Assembly (NCBI RefSeq): GCF_006345805.1
Contig: NC_042998.1
Location: 112,902,001 to 112,966,000 of the forward strand
DNA: 64,000 bases
Origin: Octopus sinensis
Taxonomy: Eukaryota
Direction of reading: 5' to 3'
The position numbers and the translations under genes are program-made. Of the stretch, positions 25,345 to 34,800 are shown piece by piece. Position 1 is the stretch's first letter. Every line of letters starts with the position of its first letter. The notes beneath the pieces were generated by a model. That model had not been told where the DNA came from. It made no database searches and saw only the letters and a list, made by a program, of their open reading frames with translations.

Positions 25345-26448
25345 CCCACACAAACATGCGTGCAAGTAATTTATTTTACCTTTTGTTCATCAAAATTCTT
25401 ATTCGAAGCACTAACTTGTTTCATTTTCCTTTGTATAAGTTTAAATTTAAAACGAATACTTATTCCTATAAATTTCGCTTCCAAACCAACAAGAAAACAC
25501 AAACTCAGTGATATTTTACAATACATCGGACATACACCATAACATCAATATTGTTAGCTAAACATATGGCGGCGTAAATTTCTCAATCAAGTACAGTTAA
25601 CTTGCACGATTATTTTTGATGCACATGAACAGAAGCGAAACTACGCAACAAAAGTATGCGCAAGCATGCGGGTATGCATATAATCAAGGGTATTTCAACT
25701 AATATATATATATAATAGTACCCGATGGCGAGGTTTGACATACACACAAGAAAAAAAAAGAAGTTACGATACGAGAAAATCTCTATGCGGCCGACTGATA
25801 TGCTAGAGATATCACTGTCTTAAATAAGAGTACACAGGGTAGGCAGGATGGTCACGTCTGGAACACTGATGGTTAATTTGGGTTAAACTGACTGTTACTA
25901 TATAAGGTTTCCTATCTGATCTCAGAGATTTGTAAGTGTAATTAAATGATCATACAACAGTCCACGACAGAATGAGATTAATTTGATAACCAGCTGGCTT
26001 ATGATTATTTGTTAAATGAGAAATATCAAGGTATTAGAACAATATTTAGTATATTTCACAGTTACCTTGTATTCTCTTTCATCAACGATCATAATTGTAG
26101 ACCAATTCTAATCACTGGATATATTCGAAATAATGATTTATAATGTAGGTGCAAATCCACGAATGTTATGGAAGCTCTATTACCGAGTATACGGACGATA
26201 ACACATTCGGAAAAACTTCTGCTATTACTTTACTTGCTTTATCGATTTCCCGGAAGGACGAAAGGCGAAGTCGACCATGACCGAACTTGGAACATTTGAA
26301 ATAGTAAAACGAATAAAGAGGTGATTATAAAGCGAATACACGAGAGAAAGTTTCAGTACTTACATCTGACAGAATGGAAAGCAACTCTAGGATTCGGATC
26401 AAAGCTTGCTCCAAGTCTAAGTTCAACAACACTATTGTCTTCTGCCAT
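4213..26448 (-). CDS. EAF: ELL-associated factor (EAF1/2 homolog), 7 coding exons, 241 aa
   Basis: Exons 26448-26364, 23180-23086, 16935-16799, 14747-14584, 7974-7822, 7058-7011 and 4256-4213 total 726 nt with GT-AG boundaries in consistent phase. Protein [37 protein letters not shown]...[34 protein letters not shown]...Ser/acidic tract...[18 protein letters not shown] matches EAF family motifs (FHTIRYDFKPAS, LEKLSSSIQVKKTRAEGSS, DLQLSESGSDSD). Confidence 0.96.
6805..6995 (+). mobile_element. Mariner-like terminal fragment or MITE
   Basis: Begins tatgaaggggtgctgaaaagttcc (mariner-type TIR after TA) with an imperfect inverted copy acttttcaacaccttcttgcata near 6958-6980. Confidence 0.5.
7011..7058 (-). 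CDS. EAF: EAF coding exon 6 (48 nt): (D)[15 protein letters not shown]
   Basis: Acceptor tttttcttcag and donor gtaagt, phase 1/1; joins exon 7 to give LSTLSEDL, matching EAF LMNTLRNDL. Confidence 0.85.
   Translation of the reverse strand: MLLLHVMFHRKTLVR
7822..7974 (-). CDS. EAF: EAF coding exon 5: Ser/Asp/Glu-rich region
   Basis: Acceptor ttttgttccag and donor gtaaac; [23 protein letters not shown] matches the EAF acidic-serine tract. Confidence 0.92.
8390..9581 (+). mobile_element. Internally deleted RTE LINE, 3' part with tandemly repeated 3' UTR and (GAT)n tail
   Basis: [17 protein letters not shown] and [14 protein letters not shown] motifs followed by the family 3' UTR. Confidence 0.88.
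12770..13290 (+). mobile_element. Mariner transposase remnant
   Basis: [24 protein letters not shown] (HTH), FFHQDN..PHT and [13 protein letters not shown] (YSPDLAP region); disrupted. Confidence 0.85.
13520..14240. repeat. ~720-bp imperfect palindrome (fold-back element) in EAF intron 4
   Basis: Arms 13520-13875 and 13885-14240 are reverse complements, e.g. gctgcccttgaacccgactttttgtacc vs ggtacaaaaaatcgagttcaagggcagc. Mirror ORFs [14 protein letters not shown] appear on both strands. Confidence 0.9.
14584..14747 (-). CDS. EAF: EAF coding exon 4
   Basis: Acceptor ttctatttttag and donor gtaagt; begins (R)AEGSS as in EAF1/2. Confidence 0.93.
15840..16210 (-). mobile_element. tRNA-derived SINE, family A
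   Basis: Minus strand ...gtggtaagaagcttgct...ggttcagtcccattgcatggcaccttgggcaagtgtcttc... with a pol III B-box-like head; relatives at ~9752-9870, 14445-14570, 46690-46830, 51605-51830, 54370-54730, 54800-55050. Confidence 0.75.
16385..16612 (-). mobile_element. tRNA-derived SINE, family B
   Basis: ggcagcgagctggcagaaacgttagc head, gagttcaaattcc B-box and central gttgactttgccattcatcctttcggggtcaataaattaagtacc domain; decayed copies near 17400-17520, 49800-50090 and 56120-56250. Confidence 0.75.
16799..16935 (-). CDS. EAF: EAF coding exon 3
   Basis: Acceptor ctgtcttcag and donor gtaagt; [45 protein letters not shown](R). Confidence 0.97.
18320..18670 (-). mobile_element. RTE LINE RT-region fragment
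   Basis: CRRCTG...[19 protein letters not shown] motif. Confidence 0.75.
18960..19484 (-). mobile_element. hAT transposon remnant (C-terminal dimerisation domain plus one end)
   Basis: Minus strand reads [29 protein letters not shown]; short subterminal gttagc/gctaac repeats and a cagtggggg terminus at ~19484. Confidence 0.7.
19572..19839. repeat. ~270-bp imperfect hairpin in EAF intron 2
   Basis: Perfect 25-bp core tgtttctgctataagatgcagtgca (19631-19655) pairs with tgcactgcatcttatagcagaaaca (19761-19785); arms extend about 130 bp each. Confidence 0.9.
20290..20720 (-). repeat. Interspersed repeat, possibly a Penelope-like terminal repeat; second copy at ~45620-46110 (+)
   Basis: The two segments align in opposite orientation (gtacaggacacc...gaacacaa.gagaaacgaaaacataaa...ccttcccgc.aaa); both abut (TA)n. 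Confidence 0.6.
20940..21953 (+). mobile_element. 5'-truncated RTE LINE with (GAT)n tail
   Basis: [20 protein letters not shown] and [11 protein letters not shown] motifs plus the family 3' UTR. Confidence 0.88.
22385..22896 (+). mobile_element. Non-autonomous pogo/Tc1-type element (MITE) with TIRs and TA TSD
   Basis: TA|ccgtaaatccttgagtataatc ... gactatactcgaggatttatgg|TA; longer sister copy at 52509-53219. Confidence 0.85.
23086..23180 (-). CDS. EAF: EAF coding exon 2
   Basis: Acceptor attatcttag and donor gtaagt; (Y)[31 protein letters not shown]. Confidence 0.97.
26364..26448 (-). CDS. EAF: EAF coding exon 1 (ATG at 26448; the exon has a splice acceptor at 26481/26480)
   Basis: [28 protein letters not shown] with donor gtaagt, good Kozak context gtcATGG, and an upstream acceptor ctttttctattttag. 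Confidence 0.94.
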
Positions 26449-27339
26449 GACGAGACAAGCTAGAGTTGCGAAGGACCACGCTAAAATAGAAAAAGTTATT
26501 TACAACAAAAACAGGAACTAAGAGAACCAATGTTATCTATCGAAAGAGATAGATGTGCGTAAAGAAAAGCATTTGTATGCATGTGAATAGTAGAGATGTC
26601 GAAAAATATCTCGATTGGGACAGGAACTATGAGTAGAGAGAGAATGTCAACAGACTCTGAAGTGGGACATGAAAATAATAGACATTGAAGAGCTCGGTAA
26701 TAAAGAGAAATAACTCTTAGGCACCTCCCGCTTTACGGGAACGTTGCGTTCTGTAATTGTACCGTAATGTGGGATTCCGTGAAACGAAAATCAATTTCCC
26801 ATTGATTTCGATGTTATAAGGCTTTCCGATGAATTTCTTTTCTTCGAGAAATATTACATTAGGATACATATCACAAAATATGTCAGTCGGTAGGGTGCAA
26901 TGGGAATTACTTGGAGAAAAAAGGACACTATTTTCTATTCTGCAGAACATAATCATCACTATTTCAAGGGTGACAAACATTCAAAGTTGTTCAACATTTA
27001 CAGTACGCCATTTCGTTGAACAGCTCCTGTGTGGGGACTGAACTCAGTATATAGTCCTTTTGTAATTTTACGTTCACATTTCACAATTATGATTGTCATC
27101 GGCAAAGATTTGCAAATCTTATCCGGTAAATTCCAACCCTTTAGCTATATTCTTGAAAGTCAACTGAAAAGGACCCAGTGGAGCTTCTATATCCTCTTAC
27201 TAAGCATTCTGCTCCTCTAAAAGAATCAGCTTCCTAGACAAACTTCCTCTATGGGACCTGAGCAACTAATCAATTAATCTACAATTTATAGTAACATCTG
27301 ATATAGAGATCTGACTGCTGAATATTCCCACTAAACCCT

Positions 27340-28200
27340 TCTGTTTGTGGAAAATCTATAAAACCCCTGATATAAACCGGACATATATTTTCCAAATTAA
27401 ACAACATTCATATCGCTGAAAGATTCACTTCATTTTGTGACTCGACTGTAGTTCCTATCAATTGCTTTTTTATGAATTGTTTCGAAATTCTGATATGATA
27501 TATTGTGAAACTTGCTATCACACTATAGTTCATTGATTGGAGCAAAGAAATCGTGTTCTTGGGAATATACTCCACTCTCACATTATTAGAAAGCACTTTT
27601 AATTTCACTGAATGGCTAAGTATTGTCTAAAACGAGAAAAACTTTCTGGGAAACATTACACGAGACACAGCAGGGTAGGAAAGTTTGTAAACCAGTATCG
27701 CAAAAGGCTCATAGTCCCTCAAGACTTTCTATTTGAATGTCAGATCATAGGTAGATTAAATTTTGCATAACCTTCGAAAATCATTGTATTTTTGGAGTAA
27801 GGGTAGTAATTTCACATCAATAGTAGCATTTCCTTCAACAAGATGCGCAAGACGACTTTTGAAACTTTAACAACCCGATGCTAAGTTTTCTTCACTTGAA
27901 ATAAAAGTTCTAACAGACATGTAGACTCATAAAATCCTATTTTTATCAATACTGTATATTTGTTCTGGTATGTAGCCTACTTCAGCAATTATTTTCCCCA
28001 GCTCCGCAGAATAATAATTACTACAGGTTCTGTTTCAGCATTGTCAGTTTCACAGGTCAGTGTGCAAAATTAGGCGTTTATTTTACCTTTCAGACCAGAT
28101 TTTACTGGCCAGACAAGGTTTTGCATCAAAAGTTGCACTTTCCCCTTCTTGCAAACCATCAAACAAGCTCTCAGCTTTCGCTTAAACAATCATTATTTTT
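27340..28200 (-). mobile_element. Tigger/pogo (DDE_1) transposase remnant
   Basis: VRVEYIPKNTISLLQSMNYSVIASF resembles the DDE_1 motif PPNTTSLLQPMDQGVI; also GYIPEQIY; many stops. Confidence 0.7.
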
Positions 28201-28530
28201 ATTGTCATATTGTGTCCAGTTTGATTGTCAATCCGCTCTCTCTGGAGGAGGAGGAGCTTTAGAAAAAGTGATCAATTATAATTATTGAATAATGTTCATT
28301 GTTATATATAGTGCTCCAGCTTAATCTAGATTGGTGTAATAGAGGGAAACAGGAATATTTTGCGGACATCGAATTCATTGGAATTTAGAAAGACAAATTT
28401 CAATTTCTTTTTCTCCAGAAGGGCAAGGATTTTCTTCATTTCATTAGCTGTAACACACTACGTAGAATATAATTCTTGCATGTCTCAATTCCTTATAATT
28501 ATATATTTATTATTTTTTTCGCTTTTAAAA

Positions 28531-29727
28531 CTATGGATTTTTATACTTACGTTTCTGTTTACTTTCTATTGTTTCAGAGATAGGTATTCTCATATTTTTA
28601 TGTAAGTGAAAAGAAGACTGAATATCAGAAATACTATGGTAATGCTTCTCGACATCCTCTAAAACATTTGGATGACACCTTTCCTTGAATCTTCTTAAAT
28701 GGTTAGGTTCGGGACATAAAGCTGATTGTAGAAATTTCTGTTTATTGTTGAGATTAAGAGTCTGTAAACCATTATTTGATGTTGGTTTCTTTTCCAGAAA
28801 TTCAAAATCTGTTGAATGAAAATGCTCTTCTAGACGATCTGAAGTCCCACGATACATTGCATTTAGCCGTCTTCTCACAAGTTGTCGCTGCTCCACTCTA
28901 TAATACGGCCACGCAGCATCAACTTCCTTCCAAGCAGGAATAGTCAAAGTAAATCGCTGTCTTTTGTAACATGTAGATACTTCACTTAATTTAAATTCAA
29001 AGGATTTTTTGTCATTTTCGGAAATGCCATGTCTTTTCAATAATCGAAGTAGTTCACACTTGTTATATGGTCGAAGAGCTAACAAATGAATAATTCTCTT
29101 TCGTAATGATGATTTCCTAACGTACGAGGGAATATGTAACTCATTACTCAATGAAAATGAAGATTCCCCAGATAAATTGTCAGATATTAAGGCCTTATTA
29201 TTCCAGCCATCACAAAGTGATGCATTAAAATTCGAAACCTCATTATCTGAATGCGAGAGAAATTTTTTGTATTTAAGATTCTTTGATAGACAAATCTCTT
29301 TCGCAGGTTTCTTTTTCGCTTCTTCCACGTGCATTCTTTTTCTGAATTCTTTAAACGAATCACGATTTCCATGCATAACTAGTTTATGAGTGATACACCC
29401 TAAAGAACTGATACAGTTTTCATTTTTTGACAGCACTTGCTGGAGACAATAAAAAACGCCATTGACTTTACCTTGTACACAATATAAGTTAAAATGAAAT
29501 GTATATTGTTCGCTATCTGTCTCTAAAGGACATACAGGAATTTGAATAAAACCTGTACCATCGTTATATATTTTAATAGTGGGATGCAGACAACTCTCTG
29601 TTGCGTTTCTTAAAAAATCTTGCAGTTTTCCTAAAATGGACTCTGTAAAAACTGCGTGTATGATAGTTTTGTCGTCTTCACAGGAAGTCGACAGAGTATA
29701 CAGAGGATGTTTTTCTAATGTTGACAT
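28531..29727 (-). CDS. ELL: Divergent ELL-like RNA polymerase II elongation factor, single uninterrupted 398-aa ORF (retrogene-like), lacking the occludin-homology domain
   Basis: aa ~8-145 follow the ELL N-terminal domain (IIHAVFTES, GFIQIP, FHFNL, GVFYCLQQ, SLGCITHKL, DSF...RM..EE). aa ~207-290 follow the ELL winged helix (LRKRIIHLLALRPYNKCELL, WKEVDAAWPYYRVEQRQLVRRRL; compare FRDRVLHLLALRPYRKAELL and DWPGYSEGDQQLLKRVL). Confidence 0.9.
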   Translation of the reverse strand: MSTLEKHPLYTLSTSCEDDKTIIHAVFTESILGKLQDFLRNATESCLHPTIKIYNDGTGFIQIPVCPLETDSEQYTFHFNLYCVQGKVNGVFYCLQQVLSKNENCISSLGCITHKLVMHGNRDSFKEFRKRMHVEEAKKKPAKEICLSKNLKYKKFLSHSDNEVSNFNASLCDGWNNKALISDNLSGESSFSLSNELHIPSYVRKSSLRKRIIHLLALRPYNKCELLRLLKRHGISENDKKSFEFKLSEVSTCYKRQRFTLTIPAWKEVDAAWPYYRVEQRQLVRRRLNAMYRGTSDRLEEHFHSTDFEFLEKKPTSNNGLQTLNLNNKQKFLQSALCPEPNHLRRFKERCHPNVLEDVEKHYHSISDIQSSFHLHKNMRIPISETIESKQKRKYKNP

Positions 29728-29836
29728 AGTGGAAACAAACGACCTTCTTGCTTGATTAATTCCGAAATGCTTATTTTTTAATATTTTCAGAACTATATTA
29801 GTTCAAAGCTGTTTCTATTGTATCTACCCCAGTTTG

Positions 29837-29846
29837 ATGACGTCAT
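29837..29846. promoter_or_regulatory. Palindromic CRE (ATGACGTCAT) ~110 bp upstream of the ELL-like ATG
   Basis: Exact TGACGTCA at 29838-29845 with a TGACG half-site about 10 bp away. Confidence 0.4.
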
Positions 29847-30714
29847 AATTAGTTTGACGTTTTATTTGTGAAATTTTTATTGCAAAATCACTGATACCAG
29901 TTTTATCTTCAATATCCATTCTTCAAAAGTCCGTAGTTACCCACATACTAACAAGCGGGTGTAATTATTAAAATTCATATCTAAATTAACTTACATCTTT
30001 TTTGTAACTTTTCTAAAATAACTGTTTTATACATGTTTCATTAAAGAAAAGCTGCTTGCCAGTTACAAATTGCAAACAGTCAAACCGGGAAATTTCAATG
30101 AATTACATAATTGAATTTCTCAAAACTGTAGTCGTTTTAAAAATGCTTATCATTCTGATCTGGAAAGAACGGCTGTGCTCATGGCTTTGACAAGCCCTCC
30201 AAAACCAGTGAAACCGACCCAGTTAATGTTCCACCGGTATTGTCTTAAATTGACGGTTGCAGTAAGAAAAATGCATGAAGAGAATTCCGGACGACCGACA
30301 TTTCGGAAAGAAACAATTAGAAGCTGATAGGGTAGAACCTGAACTCAATATTGGGAACAAGAGGACATAGATGTATGAGTTTCAATGAATGTAACACGAG
30401 CTCGGTCAAGCAGCCAGCTCTCAGGACCTGATGATGCCACGGTAATGAGTGGTAGGAAACGAGGAGATAGGAAACATATCTATATGCCAGAGGTTGTAGT
30501 GTGTTGCTGAACCACTTCATTGTGGTACTCACATGAGCTTGGTAGAGAATCAGTTGTTCTTTGGTTGATATGTATGTATTCACATATCCATACATACAAG
30601 CATACACGCATACATACACAACCAAGACTTGCACACACGCACACATATCCCCCAAAAAAGCCTCCCTTTTTTGTTTGCTTGCTTTCATTAATTTTTTTTT
30701 AAACAAGACTATTC

Positions 30715-31699
30715 GGATCTTTACCTTTTGACTGGAAGATACTGGTAGAATGTGTCATATTAAACATCTTTTACTCTTAGGGTTTTTGAGAAAAGTTTAT
30801 ATTTACGAAGTTATTTCGTGTTAAAGTTCTCGTATTAGGCTAATTTCAACCAATCAATGACGTCTATTGAGCTGAATAAAGTTACTGCTGTTGTTTGTCA
30901 ACAACAACTTCCGGCGGTGTATATTTCGTTTGTCATTGTTATCTATGACATATTTCATCTCAGTTACGCTTGTATGAGTAAACGAGTGTATCTGAAGCAT
31001 GTTTACTTCATGGCACCACCATAATCGTTCATGCATTTCTACTGCTTTTAGTTTTTTTTTCCTGTTTTTCAGCTATTATTTTCGGAAATACTTTTTTGCA
31101 CCCCCACCCCTACCCCTCCAATTTCTTCATTTTTCATTTTTTTCCGTAACTCTAACCCTAAAACCCCAACCCTAACCCTAACCTAAAACCTTAACCCTAA
31201 CCCCAACCCTAAAGCCCTAACCCTAAAATCCTAGCCCTAAAACCCTAAACCTAACCCTAATCCTAAAACCCTAACCCTAAAATCCTAACCCTAAAACCAT
31301 AACCCTAACCCTAAATCCCTAACCTTAACTCTAAAACCCTAGCCCTAAAACCCTAACCCTAATGCCCTAACCCTAACTGTAAAACCTTAAAGCTAAAACC
31401 GGTACAAACGCACGAACGATGTCATAAATAACAGTGATAAACGAAATATACACCGCCGATAGTTGTTGTTGAAAAACAACGACAGTAATTTTATTCAGCT
31501 GAATACACGTCATTGATTGACTGAAATTACCAAAATACGAGAACTTTAACGCGAAATAACTCCGTAAATATAAACTTTTCTCAAAAACGCTAAGAGTAAA
31601 AGATATTTTATATGACACATTCTACCAGCATACGAAGTTTGAAAGTGTTTAGTTACAAAAAATTATATTCTAAATCTGCCGGTCAAAAGGTAAAGATCC
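30715..31699. mobile_element. Non-autonomous long-TIR DNA transposon (Merlin/MULE-like) with an internal telomere-like array and 8-bp TSD
   Basis: gactattc|GGATCTTTACCTTTTGAC ... GTCAAAAGGTAAAGATCC|gactattc; ~240-bp imperfect TIRs; CCCTAA/CCCTAAAA array at 31150-31376. Confidence 0.88.
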
Positions 31700-31899
31700 G
31701 ACTATTCAATTTTCGCGGTTCCCTTTGCATTTTCAATGATAGTCTGTTTATTGCCAAGGCATCTGTAGCAGCAAACAGTTTCAACTTCCGCTTGTGAGGA
31801 CATGGACTCATTTCATTGGCTAAAAATATATAACTTTAAATGCTTCTATCTTGTTAATTATTAATCCCCCCCTCCAAAAATGGATGCAATATTCGTCAT

Positions 31900-34800
31900 T
31901 GTAAATTATGACATGATATAGGGCGCAGCCATTACTCTACGTATTTGTTACGTCATACATCACAAACTCGTGACGTCACACTACTTTGTGTGTACATCCT
32001 AACGTAAAGTCACTTTCATTGCATCTCCCTTCTTTGTAAACATTGCAAGAGGTATTATTGTAGTCAAAGTTTAAGTTATGGCAAAAGGAGGTAACTCTCT
32101 ACTACCTCTGTCGTAGTAGTACTTTTGCTGGTCTTGATGTGCTTTCAACTGATCATGTAGCTGTTTCTGATCCTGTACCTGAGGTTTCGGCAAGGCATCG
32201 GACACAGATAAGCGACTCTTCAGGCGCCTGCTCATTGGCAATTGAGTTGGTGAAAGATTGACCATGTCAACCGGTGTATTTCTGTACTCAAGTAGAGCTA
32301 AGTAGACATCTCGGCAACTAACTTCTGTTTTCTTGAGCAGATTTTTTTACTGTCTAAACTGTACGCTCAGTTTGTCCATTTGATTGTGGGTATGTCGGAC
32401 TTGATGGTGTGTCTTTGAAGTCCCATTCTAGAGCAAAGTTGTGGAACTCTACACTCATAAACTGCGGTTCATTATTTGTCATGAGCTTGAAGCGGCACAA
32501 GCAGTCAGCGCCATATTTGATGAAATCTCGCGGCAGCCATTGCCATCTCTGAGACTGGAGCAAGACCTCACCTGCATCCATTTGCCATGCGCGAGATCAC
32601 AACAAGGCTCGCAATGGCAAGCTGGATATAAGGGCCCAACAAAAACAGATCCATTCCCTTTTCACCACAAGCGCTTGCTGAGCACATTTCATTGGCTGGG
32701 TCTCCAAGCTAGTCCTGTCTGCATGTTGTATTTCCAGAGGCAATGGACCCACGTTAACGAAGATACAACGAAACGCACACAACTTGAGATGGTATGCTGA
32801 GAGCAGCACACTTCACCTATTCCGTAAATAAACTAGTTATAAATTGCATTTGTACTTAAAGACTGCTTTCCTCGCCTGCTGGAGCTTGAACTACACGAAG
32901 AACAATATTTAATGGGAGAAGGCGATATTCACCAGATATCGTAAACCTTGCCTCCCATTATAAGCTCATCCCGCAGGCCGTGTCTGGCAAAAACAGATTT
33001 CACTGCTGTGATTGTCATTTTACTTGAAAGGTCAGACAGTTTCACAATTTCAGGGTACTTTGAGAAATAGTCTACACACACCAGGTAGTCAATGTTCTTG
33101 CACACAAAAAAGTCGGCTCCGACTTTGGCCCACAATCGATCAGGAATTTCATGGCTCTTCAACGGTTGTTTCAGATTACTCTTTCTGTTCTCGTTGCATA
33201 TTGAACATCGCGATACAAATTCTTCAATTTGTACAGCCATTCCTAGCTTTGGCTATGTGTATGCACTTTGACACTCCGAAATGAACATCATGAATTCTGT
33301 TCAACATTTTCGTTTGTAGTGTTGCAGCTTTGAAGATGAGGTCATCAACAACAGTCAATTCAGCTCAAATATTCCACTAGTCTTACGCACTTACTGGAAC
33401 ATAATTTCTGTTTTCTAGCCACCCGCACAGAATCACTGATTTCAACTGTTATAGTTGTGGGTCATTCGCTGTGGCAATCCTAAATTCGCTCAGCTTTCCT
33501 GAGGTCATCGGCAGTTGTGATATTAGGTCCACATCACACTCGGTTTCATCAAACTAATTTTTACTGGCTTGAAGATATGCCTTGCTCAAGGCATCTGCAA
33601 CAATCAGTTCTTTGCCGGGTCTGTAGGTAACATGAAGATCATACTTCTATAAATGCAGCAATGTTCTCTGCAACCTCTGAGGAGCTCTACACAAGGGTTT
33701 CTGAAATATGATTTCAAGAGGTTGTAATGAGTTTCTACTTGAACTGTTTTCCCGTAGATCTACATATCCCGTAGATCTCACATCCATATAGGATACCTAG
33801 TAGATCTTTCTCAATCTGCGCATACTTTTTTTGTGCACTTGTCAGTGACCTCGAAGCGAACGCTACAAGCTTGTCAGCTTGCATCAACATTGTTCCTAGC
33901 CCTTTGGAGCTTGCATCCACTGATAACGTTACTGACTTTGTAACATCAAAGTACTGTAGTACTGGAGTTTCTTGAAACGTTTGCTGCCTTTCTTCCTAGT
34001 GCCATGCTATGTCCTTCGGCAATAACTCTTATAGCGTAGACTCGGGTGAAATTCCTCTCTCCCATTTATTATATATACGTGCATTCAGCCGTAGCAGGGA
34101 ACAGCTAGCCTTTGACTCTAATTGAATCATGTTGCATCCACTACTCTGAATGATTAGTATTGGCGCAATTTGTCCTCTAATCGGTTGTGCCAACATGCCG
34201 TAGACAACCAGTCAGACACGTGAGATAGCCTGTTTACTACCCTGTTTTAGCCTACAGCTCCTTATAAAAACTCAGTGTTGGGTCCTCGCTCTAGGTCTTT
34301 GGTTCCAGACCTGTCAAGGTTTAGCCACTGACCACGAAGACACAACCAGTTCCAGTGACAACATCACTACCACAGCAGCTATGTTGAGACTTACCAACTT
34401 TGTCATTATGACACCACTATAATGTCCTTCTTAACATCGTCAACATCATCTCTCTACGTACACAGTTCAGGAAGCAATTCACCCAGATTCCAGCAGTTCA
34501 CTGTTCGTGAATTATTTCACTACGAATCAACAGCGAATATACAACCTGCATGAACTCCTGTACCAAGTGACCCAGACAGCAGCATCACAGCCACGACTTC
34601 ACGTACGACATGTACCTGTAACCGACTCAGCATCATGGACGCGACTTCTTGATACAGTATTTCAACTACCGTGTGCGATCGACTACGAACTGGTATTATT
34701 ATCTTTTTTGTGTCTATGAACTTCTCACTTTGATGGCTTATAGACGCTTTCACTGTCTTCTTCTTATTGCCATCCTTAAATGTATTTAACACGCGCATAC

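Noticed and set aside
31150-31376. True telomere or chromosome-fusion scar
   Set aside because: The array is degenerate and lies inside an element bounded by TIRs and an 8-bp TSD.
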